A stretch of 64,000 nt of DNA from Candidatus Latescibacterota bacterium (GTDB lineage Bacteria; Latescibacterota; UBA2968; UBA8231): the NCBI GenBank assembly GCA_965204725.1, contig OZ242005.1, positions 128,001 to 192,000 on the forward strand, read 5' to 3'. Position 1 is the stretch's first letter. Each line of letters opens with the position of its first letter. This document shows, piece after piece, positions 44,497 to 55,581 of this stretch. The notes under the pieces are model-generated. The model worked only from the letters and a program-made list of their open reading frames with translations. It did not search any database and was not told the DNA's origin. Both the position numbers and the translations under genes were made by a program.

Positions 44497-47400
44497 ATGA
44501 CATCCATGAGGCTTTTTGCATCCCGGCCCTACGCCCTTTACCTGCTGGTCTCAGGCTTGCTGCTGGGGTGGGCCGGCTCGGCAACCGCGACCATTACCCT
44601 GTCCGTCGATAAACCGCTAATACGCGAAGAAGACGACAGAGTCGAAATCACCGTGACAGCCGAAAGCGACGAAAACGTGACGGCGAATACGGTGGTCTCC
44701 CTGCAGCTTGGGGCCAAGACTTTCCCAAATGTCAACAATCCAGCAGAGAATCGCCTCCCCAACGGAGTAGGGAATATCTTCCCCGGCAGAACAATAGATG
44801 AACATGGTCGTATTGTGCTTACGTACCGATTGGCCTCAGGGGAACGCGCTGACTATGTAAGCCCGAACGCTCCGTGGTGGGCCTATCGCAATGCGGATCC
44901 TACGAGAGGTTCGATAGCTGCCAACAGGAAGCCGGGGGGGGATTGGAAAGACTGGCTCAATAGTCGCGCCCAGGTCAATAGCCAATTCTCCATCACGCTG
45001 CCGACGTTAGTGATCCCTAAGGACAAGAAAAAGGCGACCGGAACCATTGTCCTCACGAATCTCGATAACGACAAGCACGGTTTTTATAATACGTATGATG
45101 AGTTCACCATTCCTCATCAGCTTGACCTTGACGAGTCCGTTTATTTCTTCAATGGTGCTCTTAGGAACAGGGAGGGTTTTCAACGCCCCTGGGACTCTAA
45201 TTTGTTCAATTTCTACCGAAACCGCCCCCAGCGCGCGCTATCCCGATCTCATCATCAAAATTGACGGCCTTGCCGGTAGCGAGACGGTTAGGCAGACGGA
45301 GATTCGCGTAACGGACGACGAAAAGCTCAGCAGTCAGGTAAACCTTTCGTTTTCGCCGGCTAGTCTGAGCAAGGACGCGGGGCCGACCCCTGTTACCGTA
45401 ACCGCGACCTTAAACGGCTCTACGCTGCGGTCGGACCAAACCTTTACCTTGCTCTATCTGACACAGAGGGATATAACTGATCTCCCCGGCCCTGATTACC
45501 ATCATCTCCCGTTTGATGTTAATGCGTCCGATGTACTGACGCACGATACGGATTACTCGGCGCCGTCCGCGTCGATAACCATACGCCGGAACAAGCCATC
45601 GGGGAAGGCGACGATTACCATCGATCCCAAAGGCAAGGCTGGCCGCATCGCGTTATGGGGGGGGGGCGTCGAAGAAGAAGGTCCTCACAGGCGTTGACTT
45701 GAACCTCGATGGGGACATGAGCGACTCTCTGGCTCTTAGTAAACAATGGGGTTACGTCGCTGGTAATACTCATCGGCCCGACCGCGCCGTTACCTTCACC
45801 GAAGAAGGTCTAGGCTGCACCCCCACGACCCCCGGCGAACCCCTGTCCCAACACGATCTCAACTTTGATGGGCACTGCGACGGCCTTATTCGGGAAGCGT
45901 TAATCGGCGTCGACCTAAACGGTGATGGGACCATTCCTCCAGCGTTGAGAGATGGCCAACCCTTTACCTTCTCTGCCACTACCACACAAAATATCGGGGT
46001 TAATCCTAGTTTTGTTCTATTTGGCACAGACATAAGCTCAGTCCAAAACGGCGGAGCCCAGGTACTGACTGCGATAGCGGCTGGCCGGGTGCCTTGGATC
46101 GCTGACCGGGGTGCTCAGTATAGCCAACAGTTCAGTTTTGGTTATAATACTATCACTCTTCAGCCTGTTGATCCTTCTCGTCCCGCTCCCCAGTATTGGC
46201 CTACGTCGAATCCGAGGTTTGTGTTGGTTGAAAGCCAACTGCCGTACCATGTTGAGCTTCCCCTCCATCTCTTTGAGATAACGGACACCCCCGTTGTCAC
46301 CTTCAAAGACGCGACCGACGGCCTGACCGCCACCCCTTCAACGATCCGCGAGGGCGCCGGTCGGCAAGAAATCGCCCTGAAAGTCACCTTGAAGGCCGCC
46401 ACATCAGCGGATACGCGGGTGACGTTCACCATCACTCCGCAAGAGGGTCGCCGCGACATAGACTACACGGCCGTCTTGAGCGATCTCGTCATTCCCGAAG
46501 GCCAAACCTCCGCTTCAACCACGCTAGTGCTCACCCCGGTCGATAACGAGGTGGTAAACGACGCGCGGACATTCGACGTAGTCGCCACAATCGGCAGTTC
46601 GGACGACGCCCCCGAGGTCACCGAGACGATTACTATTGTAGATGACGAGACCCAGAGCACGCAGATCATGCTGACGGCCAGTCCCGCCGAACTCAAGGCC
46701 GGCACCGGAGCCAACAACGTCACGATCACCGGCACGTTAGACGGCCAAGCCTTCGACAAGGACGTGAACGTAGTCTTAGTCGTCACCACCGACACGGACG
46801 CCGACGGCGACGTGGACGACGCCGATAAAGCCGCCACCCGCGACACCGAATACACCGCCATCTTGCGCGGCCTGACGATTGAGGCGGGCGAAATCACCGG
46901 CACGACCACCGTATCCGTTACCCCGCTTGCCGGCGGCGACAAAAAGATCGGCCTAACCGCGCTGAAAAGCCCGGTCAAGAACAACGACGACGAGGACGTG
47001 ACGGTCACCACAACAGTCATCACCCTGAAAGACGGCGACCCAGAGACGGCCCTGGGCGGCCTCGTTTTCGACGAGGACGTAGATGTCGTCTCCACGGTAT
47101 TTGAATACGTCGTCGGCACGGCCATTGAGCCTTATGTCCTGCCCGCGGCCACCGGCGGCATTGGCGACAAGACCTACAGCGTGTCCGCCACGCTACCAGC
47201 CGGTCTGGTATTCGACGCGGAAACCCGCACCCTGTCGGGCACACCGCTGACAGCGGGCGACGCCACCGTCATCTACACGGTCATCGACAGCGCCCCGGAC
47301 GAAGTCAACACCGCCGTCCTCAGCCTGACCTTTGAGATCGGTACGGCCCCGCCCGCCACCGTGCGCGTCGCCAGCGTAACCTCAACGCATTCGTCCATCC

Positions 47401-47540
47401 GCGAGAACGGCGAGACCACCGCCATCCTCCTGACGGCAACGTTGACCGCTCCCGCCCCCAGTCCGAGACCATCCTGTTCACGATTGCCGCCCCCAGTTCC
47501 GGCACGCCCGCCGTGCGCGACGCCGATTACGCCTCTCTCC
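44497..47540 (+). pseudogene. Large secreted Ig-like/Calx-beta-like adhesin, frameshifted three times and 3'-truncated
   Basis: AGGAGG RBS and signal peptide; Thr/Val-rich Ig modules, DADGDVDDAD, putative-Ig LPAGLVFDAETRTLSGTP; frame changes near 45227, 45657-45666 (G10) and 47457; breaks off after RDADYASL. Confidence 0.75.
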
Positions 47541-47637
47541 AACAGAGGCCCCATTTTGCTTGCTAGTGGACGGTACGCAACGCATCGTTTCGGCTTACGA
47601 CCCGCCACCCGCCACCCGCCTGCCAAGGATCAAATCC

Positions 47638-49593
47638 TCACCCGTGCAGAATCGGATGCCCGTTGCCGGTAAAAAACGCCACATCTACGAGGAAGGAGAG
47701 GCCGACGCCGAGAAAGTAGCCGGCGATTAGGCCGATGAAAAACGGCGCGGCCTTGCGGTAGAGTTCAATGCCGCCAAAGCGCATGATCAAGCTCTTGGCC
47801 GCCCACGCGACAAAGATGGCCGCGGCTTGGTTCCGCACCATCCAAACTGCGGAGATGGCCAAGCCCACCGGATGCAGGGGCCACCACGGGAAGCGATACT
47901 GCATGAACGTCAAAACCGCCATGGCCGCAGCGCCGAGGCCGAAAAAGCCCAGCTTTTGCGCGTGCAAGTCGGCCGGGGTTTTTATCTTGGCCATCACATC
48001 GCCAAAGGCCATCACACCGGCGCCGGAGGAAACGCGAAAAATCCAAGAGTTGAAGTTGGAAGCCCCCTGCTCGTAAGCCATGGCAATGAGATTGGTCAGG
48101 GAAATCGCGAAGGATAGGACCACGGCCAAGGCGATGGCCAAGACAAAGCCGCGGCGGGCAATGCGCAGGCTGTGCTGCAACTTGGCGGCGTGCGCGGCCG
48201 AGGGCATGAAGATGGACTGCACGTCGCCGAAAAAGGAATAGGTCAGCCCCAAGGCCGCCAAACCCGTCGGCGAAATGGCGCTGGTGCCCAGCGTCATCAT
48301 CGTCATGGCCTGACTGACGACCGGCGTGGTCAGGTAAAACGCGCCCGTTTGAACCACCAAGCGCGTAATGCCCAAGTAGGCGATGAGCACGCCGGCCAAA
48401 AAGAGCGCGGCCACCGACCATTCCATGCCGGCCTTGTGCAGCCAAGTTAGCATGTAGAACGTGCCCAGCAAAAGGCCCAGCACGGCGGCGCGATAGGACA
48501 GCAACTCGCGGCGGTCGTCAATCGGGCAGGCTGGGTTCCACGCCTTGCGGAACACATCCTTGAGGTGGTCGCGTGCCATCCACAGCCCCCACAGCACGAG
48601 CATCACAAACGCCCCCCAACACTGCCACGAAGTCGAAGGCAGTCCCCAAACGAACTTATCCGCCTCGGTGACGCCGAGGCCAAAGCGGTTGAACAAACCC
48701 TCCTCGAGCAGCGTTAGCAAAAAGAAGAACCAGATACTGAAGGTGACGTTGAGGTTGGCAAAATACATGAAGCCGATGACCGGAAAGTAGAAGCGAATGT
48801 TGATGGTCGGAAAGCCGTGCGCGATTTGGATGGGGTGATGCCACTCGATTTTGGGGAAAAAGTGAAAAAAAAAGCCGACGATGTTCCACAAGACGATGCC
48901 CAAGGGAATGGCCGCCCCGGCCCAGAAGGCTTTGCTGTATAGGACCGCTGGCAACCGGCGGGCACTATCGGCGTTGGCGACGAGGGCTTGGGGCACTTCC
49001 ATCAGCGGGTAGGCCAACCGCTCGCGCTCGACCCACTGTTTGCGGAGGATGACCACCACGCAGAAGCAGACCCAGTACAAAGTCCATAGAAAGCTCAGCC
49101 ACCAAACCAGCGGCATGGCCCAAGCGGCGAGCAAGGTGCTCCACGGAATGGGTTCGCCGAGGGGCAGGCCCTCGAAAAACCAAGTCATGGCCAAGCCGTC
49201 GTTGGACGGCAGCAGCCAAGCGGGCAGGTAGGGCACCACGTAAGTGCCCCATTGATTCTCCGCGGACGCAAAGTAATACGGCGTCGTTGGTATCGCGAGG
49301 AAGTAGCCGATGAGGAAAACCGGGATGCCAGTACAGACCAACCCCATGACGACGACCGTGATCATCTCGGCCGGGCGCAGTGCCCAGTGGGGATTGAGGG
49401 TCTTGAGCAGGGCATTGGCAAAGATGAGGCAAATAAAGAGAAACCCCACCCCAATCGGAAAGAAGGACCAAGTCATCTCGGACGAGCCAAAGGTCCAGAT
49501 CGAGTGCGGCCCCCCCAAGCTGATCAACGCCACCACGGCGCAGCCCACGAACACGGAGCGCCCGGTGACGGCTGTTGCGGGATGGGTTGCCAA
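47638..49593 (-). CDS. DUF6785/DUF6784-type polytopic membrane protein (putative peptide transporter), paralogue 2
   Basis: Many TM segments; RKQWVERERLAYPL, NVTFSIWFF, WWPLHPVG, GGIELYRKAAPFFIGLIAG. Confidence 0.8.
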   Translation of the reverse strand: MATHPATAVTGRSVFVGCAVVALISLGGPHSIWTFGSSEMTWSFFPIGVGFLFICLIFANALLKTLNPHWALRPAEMITVVVMGLVCTGIPVFLIGYFLAIPTTPYYFASAENQWGTYVVPYLPAWLLPSNDGLAMTWFFEGLPLGEPIPWSTLLAAWAMPLVWWLSFLWTLYWVCFCVVVILRKQWVERERLAYPLMEVPQALVANADSARRLPAVLYSKAFWAGAAIPLGIVLWNIVGFFFHFFPKIEWHHPIQIAHGFPTINIRFYFPVIGFMYFANLNVTFSIWFFFLLTLLEEGLFNRFGLGVTEADKFVWGLPSTSWQCWGAFVMLVLWGLWMARDHLKDVFRKAWNPACPIDDRRELLSYRAAVLGLLLGTFYMLTWLHKAGMEWSVAALFLAGVLIAYLGITRLVVQTGAFYLTTPVVSQAMTMMTLGTSAISPTGLAALGLTYSFFGDVQSIFMPSAAHAAKLQHSLRIARRGFVLAIALAVVLSFAISLTNLIAMAYEQGASNFNSWIFRVSSGAGVMAFGDVMAKIKTPADLHAQKLGFFGLGAAAMAVLTFMQYRFPWWPLHPVGLAISAVWMVRNQAAAIFVAWAAKSLIMRFGGIELYRKAAPFFIGLIAGYFLGVGLSFLVDVAFFTGNGHPILHG

Positions 49594-49600
49594 CGCGGCC

Positions 49601-51583
49601 TCAGCCGTGCAGGATGGGGTGGCCGTTGCCGGGGAAGAAAATCATATCGACGATAAACGAGATCCCCACGCCAAAGAAGTGCCCGAGAATGAGGCCGATG
49701 AAAAACGGCGCGGCCTTGCGGTAGAGCTCGATGCCGCCAAAGCGCATGATCAGGCTCTTGGCCGCCCACGACACAAAAATCGCCGGGGCTTGGTTCCGCA
49801 CCATCCAGATCGCGGAAATCGCCAAGCCCACCGGATGCAGGGGCCACCACGGGAAGCGATACTGCATAAACGTCAAAACCGCCATGGCCGCGGCGCCAAG
49901 GCCGAAAAAGCCCAACTTTTGTGCGTGGAAATCGGCCGGGGTTTTTATTTTGCTCAGCGCGTCGTCAAAGGAGCGCACCCCCGCGCCCGAGGAGACGCGG
50001 AAAAACCAAGAGTTGAAGTTGGAGGCCCCCTGCTCGTAGGCCATGGCAATGACGTACACAATGGCGGCGACAAAGCCGACCACTAGGGCCAGTGCAATGG
50101 CCAAGCACAGGCCGCGGCGGCTCATCCGCATGGCGTCGTGCAGCCGGGCGGCATGGGCGGCCGACGGCATGAAAATCGACTGCACATCGCTGAAGAACCC
50201 ATAACTCATCCCCAAGGCCGCCAAGCCCGTCGGCGAAATCGCACTCGTGCCAAAGGTCATCATGGTCATGGCTTGGCTGACTACGGGCGTCGTCAGGTAA
50301 AAGACGCCGGCCTGCACCACCAAGCGGGTGATGCCCAAGTAGGCAATGAGCACGCCGCCCAAGAAAAACGCGGCTACCGACCATTCCATGCCAGCTTTGT
50401 TGAGCCACGCCAGCATATAGACGACCCCGACCAATAGGCCGACGACCGCACTGCGATAGGACATCAACTCGCGGCTGTCGTCAACCGGATGGGCGGGATT
50501 CCACGCTTTGCGCGCCACGTCTTTTAGGTGATCGCGCGCCATCCACAGCCCCCACAGCACCAGCACCACAAAAGCCCCCCAGCACTGCCAAGACGTCGAG
50601 GGCAAGCCCCACACGAAGTTGTCCGCCTCGGTGACGCCCACGCCAAAGCGGTTGAACAGCCCCTCTTCGACCAGCAGCAACAAAAAGAAGAACCAGATAC
50701 TGAAGGTGACGTTGAGGTTGGCGAAATACATGAAGCCGACGACCGGGAAGTAGAAGCGAATGTTGATCGTGGGAAAGCCGTGCGCGATTTGGATGGGATG
50801 GTTCCATTCGATCGTGGGAAAAAAGTGAAAGAAAAAGCCGACGATGTTCCACAAGACGATGCCCAACGGAATAGCCGCCCCCAGCCAAAAGACCTTGTTG
50901 CGCAAAACGGCGGGCACACGCGCCGGGCCATCGGCGTCCGCCACGAGGGCTTGGGGCACTTCCATCAGCGGATAGGCCAGCCGCTCGCGCTCGACCCACT
51001 GCTTGCGCAATATGACGACCAAGCAAAAACAGACCGCGTACAAGGTCCAGATAAAGCTCAGCCACCAAAACAGCGGCATGGCCCACGCATCAAGCAAGGT
51101 GCCCCAAGGCATCGGCTCGCCCAAGGGTAGCCCCTCGAAGAACCAAGTCATGGCCAAACCGTCGTTGCTCGGCAACAGCCACGCCGGCAGGTAGGGCAAC
51201 ACGTAGGTTCCCCACTGGTTTTCAGCCGAGGCAAAGTAGTAGGGCGTAGTGGGGATCGACAGCACGTAGCCCATCATAAAGATGGGGATGCCGGTCGTCA
51301 CCAAGCCCATGACGACGACCGTGATCATCTCGGCCGGGCGCAAAGCCCAGCCGGGGTTGATCGTCTTGAGCAGGATGTTGAGCAGGATGAGGCAGCAGAA
51401 CGAGAAGCCGACCGCAATCGGAAAGAACGACCACGTGATTTCGGACGACCCCAAGACCCAAATGGCGTAGGGCGCACCCAAACACACCACGAGGACTTGG
51501 ACGACGCCGAGCACCAACGAGCGGAGCGTGAGGCCGCTAGCCGCGCCTCGGTGCTGGGTAGGGGCCGCAGTCGGCGAAGTCAT
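49601..51583 (-). CDS. DUF6785/DUF6784-type polytopic membrane protein, paralogue 1
   Basis: Same motifs; long near-identical stretches with 47638-49593. Confidence 0.8.
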   Translation of the reverse strand: MTSPTAAPTQHRGAASGLTLRSLVLGVVQVLVVCLGAPYAIWVLGSSEITWSFFPIAVGFSFCCLILLNILLKTINPGWALRPAEMITVVVMGLVTTGIPIFMMGYVLSIPTTPYYFASAENQWGTYVLPYLPAWLLPSNDGLAMTWFFEGLPLGEPMPWGTLLDAWAMPLFWWLSFIWTLYAVCFCLVVILRKQWVERERLAYPLMEVPQALVADADGPARVPAVLRNKVFWLGAAIPLGIVLWNIVGFFFHFFPTIEWNHPIQIAHGFPTINIRFYFPVVGFMYFANLNVTFSIWFFFLLLLVEEGLFNRFGVGVTEADNFVWGLPSTSWQCWGAFVVLVLWGLWMARDHLKDVARKAWNPAHPVDDSRELMSYRSAVVGLLVGVVYMLAWLNKAGMEWSVAAFFLGGVLIAYLGITRLVVQAGVFYLTTPVVSQAMTMMTFGTSAISPTGLAALGMSYGFFSDVQSIFMPSAAHAARLHDAMRMSRRGLCLAIALALVVGFVAAIVYVIAMAYEQGASNFNSWFFRVSSGAGVRSFDDALSKIKTPADFHAQKLGFFGLGAAAMAVLTFMQYRFPWWPLHPVGLAISAIWMVRNQAPAIFVSWAAKSLIMRFGGIELYRKAAPFFIGLILGHFFGVGISFIVDMIFFPGNGHPILHG

Positions 51584-51637
51584 CAAAAGCCAACTTCAGA
51601 GGCACTGCGAGCGGGATTCAACACACCCAAGCATCTC

Positions 51638-53236
51638 CTATAGCCCGGCCGCGTGGCGACCGGCCGCCGGATCGCCCGCCGCGTAGTACGTGCCCGCGTC
51701 GGCCCACAGCATCACCGGCGTGGCGATGGGGCCTGTGCGGGCCTCAACTTGGTGCCCGCGCCGCGCCAGCTCGCCCCGGACCTGTGAGTCAACGGCCGCG
51801 CTGATGGCCAGCGAGCCAGCCTGAATGAACGTCTGCTCGCGCACTGGGTTGGGGTCAAACGAGTCCTCGTGGTGATCCGTAGCAAAGCGCGGCGCGACGA
51901 CCGCCTCGGCCGGGCGCATCCCAAACTCCACAAAGTCGAGCAAAAGGTTCAAGGTGGCTTGGTCTTGTAGGTCGCCGCCGGCCACGCTGATGGCCAACAC
52001 GGGCGCACCGTCTTTGAGTACCAGCGTAGGCGTCAGGGTGATGCGGGGGCGCTTGCCCGGCGCGATGCAGTTGGGGTGCCCAGCGGTGGTGTTGAGGCTG
52101 CGCAGGCGGTTGCCATAAGAGATGCCCGTGCGGCCGCTGCCCCCAGCGTGATAGACATTCGCGCTCGGCGTAGCCGACACGACCATGCCCCAGCGGTCGG
52201 CCACCACGCACGTGGTCGTGCCGCCGACCCCGGGCCGGAACGCGCCCCCCTCCTGCACCGCCCTCATGCCGAGCGGGTCGCCCGGGCGGGCGTCCAGTGC
52301 CGCTTGGCCCATGTCGATTAGGGGCCGCCGGAGTTGGGTGTACTCGTCGGACAGCAAGGCGTTCATGGGCACCTCCACGAACAGAGGGTCGCCGTAGTGC
52401 GCGTCGCGGTCGGCCATGGCCAATTTCATGGCTTCGACCACCGCGTGGACGTAGTCGGCCGAGCAAGGCCCCATGCTTTTGAGGTCAAACCCTTCGAGCA
52501 GGCGCAGTGCTTGACACAGATAGGGGCCTTGGGTCCACGGGCCGCACTTGTACACTTGGTAGCCCCGGTAATCAACCCTCACCGGCTCTTCGATCAAGGT
52601 CCTATGAGCGGCCAAGTCCGCCCGGCGCAAGAACCCGCCCTGCTCCACGTAGAACGCCTCTAGGTCCTCGGCTATATCGCCGCGCTCGGCTCGGCGACCA
52701 TAGAAGTGATCGCCGGCCGCTTGCAACTTCTCTGCGCGATTGCCCGCCGCGCAGTGCTCTTGCTCAACGAGGCGTCGCAGCGTCCGCGCTAAGCAGGGGT
52801 GCCACTCCTCTTCGCCTTTGTCGAGCAGGGCCAAGGTCGGCGCGACAATCTCGGCAAAGCTCTGCGTGCCGTAGTGCTGCAAGAGGGTGATGCACAAATC
52901 CACGACCGCGGGCACCGGCGCCATCTTGATGTCGTGGTCCGGGATGCCGTGCTCCATGTACCAAGCAATGGCCGCCGGCGACAGCGGCGCCCGCCCTTGG
53001 CCCGACAGCGACTTGACCGCCTGCCCGTCCCAAATAAGCACCGGCACTTCCCCACCGATGGAGCAGGCCCCGTGATCGGTGACGTTGAGCGCGAGAATCG
53101 CGCCGGCCGTGGCGTCGGCCGCATTGCCGCCTTGGCCGAGGATTTCAAGGCCAGCAGCTACCGCCCCGGCCCCACCGGCCGCAATGACGCCGGTCTTGCT
53201 CTGGGCCTGCCAGCCGATCTGATTTACCCTAGTCAT
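51638..53236 (-). CDS. Gamma-glutamyltransferase family protein
   Basis: GGNAADA, SIGGE, GPWTQGP, GTTTCVVADRWG (Thr nucleophile), PGKRPRITLTP, GGDLQDQ. Confidence 0.9.
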   Translation of the reverse strand: MTRVNQIGWQAQSKTGVIAAGGAGAVAAGLEILGQGGNAADATAGAILALNVTDHGACSIGGEVPVLIWDGQAVKSLSGQGRAPLSPAAIAWYMEHGIPDHDIKMAPVPAVVDLCITLLQHYGTQSFAEIVAPTLALLDKGEEEWHPCLARTLRRLVEQEHCAAGNRAEKLQAAGDHFYGRRAERGDIAEDLEAFYVEQGGFLRRADLAAHRTLIEEPVRVDYRGYQVYKCGPWTQGPYLCQALRLLEGFDLKSMGPCSADYVHAVVEAMKLAMADRDAHYGDPLFVEVPMNALLSDEYTQLRRPLIDMGQAALDARPGDPLGMRAVQEGGAFRPGVGGTTTCVVADRWGMVVSATPSANVYHAGGSGRTGISYGNRLRSLNTTAGHPNCIAPGKRPRITLTPTLVLKDGAPVLAISVAGGDLQDQATLNLLLDFVEFGMRPAEAVVAPRFATDHHEDSFDPNPVREQTFIQAGSLAISAAVDSQVRGELARRGHQVEARTGPIATPVMLWADAGTYYAAGDPAAGRHAAGL

Positions 53237-53296
53237 CTGTTTCTCCTTGTCAAAAAAAGATGGGCCGCACTTGGCGCCGCTTGGGACGGCAGAGTG

Positions 53297-53848
53297 CTAG
53301 AAAATCTCGTCTAGATCCATAGTGAAGCCGGCGAGCGTGGGCGAGGTCATCGTCTGCCCCTCGCCATAGATGGCCTCCACCTCAAAGGCACCCTCGCCGA
53401 GCCGCAGGACTGTCGCTGTCCGAGCGTCTGGATCGACCAGCCAGTACTCCTTTACGCCGTGTTTGGCGTACAGAGCGCGTTTGAGCGTCCGGTCCCGCCC
53501 AGCGGTGGAAGAGGACAGGATTTCGACGACCAAATCCGGCGCACCGCAGACATTTGCGCCGCCGAACAGCAGATGCGCTCGCTCATTGGAGACGAACAGC
53601 AGGTCCGGCTGCACCACGTCCGCGTCCGACAGCACCACGTCGCAGGGCGCGAAAAAGACTTCACCTAAACCTCTCTCTTCCACAAAGGTATAGAGCCGTG
53701 TTCCTATCCTAGTGCCAATTCTCTGGTGCCCCAGATTGGGCGCGGGGGCCATAATCAACGCTCCTTCCAATAACTCATAGCGCTTGTCCTCCGGGGTGTG
53801 CTGGTAGTCCTCATAAGTGAACTTGACGGCTGGGTTGGGGCTGAGCAT
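53297..53848 (-). CDS. Uma2/DUF820 family endonuclease
   Basis: RYELLEG, PAP..HQ, VVQPDL, GAPDLVVEILS, GVKEYWLVDP. Confidence 0.93.
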   Translation of the reverse strand: MLSPNPAVKFTYEDYQHTPEDKRYELLEGALIMAPAPNLGHQRIGTRIGTRLYTFVEERGLGEVFFAPCDVVLSDADVVQPDLLFVSNERAHLLFGGANVCGAPDLVVEILSSSTAGRDRTLKRALYAKHGVKEYWLVDPDARTATVLRLGEGAFEVEAIYGEGQTMTSPTLAGFTMDLDEIF

Positions 53849-53899
53849 AGCACCCTCCTCTCTCGTCGCTTGCTGTGCGGTTTACGGACTTCGGGGCAA

Positions 53900-54721
53900 C
53901 TATTCGGCGAGCCGCCCAATCGGCTGGCGCGGGCCGACCAAGATCATCCGGCCCCACGTGTTGTCGTCGTCGCCGTTGCCGTAGATCATGAAGTGGCCGC
54001 CGTACGCGCCGCCGTCCGGGTCGGTGTGGACGATTTCCATGCTGTATTCGTCGCCCACTTGCGGCGGCTGCCAGCGGGGGTCGCTTTGGCCAAAAGTCGG
54101 CGTCATTTCGACGCGGGCCTCTAGAATAAAATCAGCCGCACTCCGGCCCCAAGGATCCATGCGGACGACGTAGTCGCAAGCGGCCTCGGGAATCGGCTCT
54201 TCAATGTAGGTCTGGCCGGGCGCTCCGTGCCGCCACCACGCGTTTCGCCGGGCGGGCTGAGGATCGGCGATAAAGCAAAAGGCGTTGTCGCCTTGGCCGA
54301 AGCGCTCGTTGGCCCGGTCGCGCGGGCCTTCCATAAACCAGCAAATCGCATCCTTGAAATACCAGCGCTTGTCGGCCGGCTCCGGGTCGTCGAGGTCGTT
54401 GACATTGTCCCAGACCTCGGCTCCTAAGTAGAAGTTGTGCGCGTCCCAAGCAATGTAGTAGCGGGCGCTCAAGTCCTCGGCGAGCGACGGCTCGTCGCCG
54501 TGGTCCGTAAGGCGGTTGCGCGCCCCGCGATCGAGGCGGTAAAAGCCGGCCTCGCTGATGCGGCGCATGTCCCAGACGCCATCGTTGTGGGCGCGGTCCT
54601 TCCACTCGGAGAGATCGCCGTCGATCGTCGGGGCCGCCTCCAACAAGGGGGCGTTGATGTTCACGTCCGCACGCGCGGCCGAGGCCGCGAGCAAAATCGC
54701 GCATACAGCAAAGGGCAGCAT
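53900..54721 (-). CDS. Secreted CBM9/DOMON-like sugar-binding protein
   Basis: Signal peptide ending ASAARA; PTIDGDLSEW, AWDAHNFYLGAEVWD, WYFKDAI. Confidence 0.72.
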   Translation of the reverse strand: MLPFAVCAILLAASAARADVNINAPLLEAAPTIDGDLSEWKDRAHNDGVWDMRRISEAGFYRLDRGARNRLTDHGDEPSLAEDLSARYYIAWDAHNFYLGAEVWDNVNDLDDPEPADKRWYFKDAICWFMEGPRDRANERFGQGDNAFCFIADPQPARRNAWWRHGAPGQTYIEEPIPEAACDYVVRMDPWGRSAADFILEARVEMTPTFGQSDPRWQPPQVGDEYSMEIVHTDPDGGAYGGHFMIYGNGDDDNTWGRMILVGPRQPIGRLAE

Positions 54722-54732
54722 GAGTGGTCTCC

Positions 54733-55479
54733 TCAGCGATAGTCTTCGGCTCGGTCCGCGGGCACAAAGCCCACCGTCTGGCGAGCGTGCTCCAAGTCGC
54801 GGTAGCCCCATTTGTTGTCCGAGTTGACGAAGAAGGTGTCGAAGGGCAAATCGGGCGGGGCGGCAAGGCATTTTTCGATCATCTGCACTGCGTCGCGCTG
54901 GCTACACCAGACGCAGTATTCGCGGGCTTGGGTCGGGCGGTCTTCCGGGTTGACGCGGCCAAAGCGCAGGCAGAAGACCGACATGCCGTGGGCCGCGGCG
55001 TATTCGCGGCTCAGCGCTTCGCCCCACACCTTGCTGGCCGCGTACAGGCCCGTAGGCCGCAGGGGCGATTGCGCCGTCAGCATGGGCCACGCCGCCGGTA
55101 CTTGGTCGTACTCGCCGGCCAAAAGCTCCTTGTATGGAGAAAGCACCGCGTACCCGCCCATGACCGACCCGCTGCTGGCAAAGAGGACGCGCCGCACCCC
55201 GGCCTCGCGGGCCGCGGCGAAAACGTTGCCGGTGCCCTGCAAGTTGGCGCGGAAGATCGCCGACAGGTCGTTGGCGATGTGGGCGGCGAGATGGACAACC
55301 GCATCCACCCCGGCAAAGGCCGGCCGGATGGCGTCGAGATCGGCGATGTCGGCCCGGTGGCAGTCGATCCCGGACAGGGGGCGGCGGTTGAGGGCGCGCA
55401 GGGTATAGTGCCGGCCGAGGCTGGCGACCGCGGCCGTGCCGATCAGGCCGGTGGCTCCGGTGATGAGGACGGTTTGCAT
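54733..55479 (-). CDS. NAD-dependent epimerase/dehydrogenase (uronate dehydrogenase-like SDR)
   Basis: ITGATGLIG, VVHLAA, FASS, YAASK, DLEHARQTVGFVP. Confidence 0.88.
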   Translation of the reverse strand: MQTVLITGATGLIGTAAVASLGRHYTLRALNRRPLSGIDCHRADIADLDAIRPAFAGVDAVVHLAAHIANDLSAIFRANLQGTGNVFAAAREAGVRRVLFASSGSVMGGYAVLSPYKELLAGEYDQVPAAWPMLTAQSPLRPTGLYAASKVWGEALSREYAAAHGMSVFCLRFGRVNPEDRPTQAREYCVWCSQRDAVQMIEKCLAAPPDLPFDTFFVNSDNKWGYRDLEHARQTVGFVPADRAEDYR

Positions 55480-55581
55480 GGCGTGTCGTGTCTGATGTAT
55501 AAACCAACCTGCTTAACATGGCAAGCTCCCACCCAGCCGCGCGGATTGTCGGCAAGGGGCGGTTTGGCTAATATAACCCCC

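Noticed and set aside
54724-55581. N-terminal 286 aa of ORF 54724-56862
   Set aside because: Antisense to the SDR gene; the lipoprotein signal begins at GTG 55582
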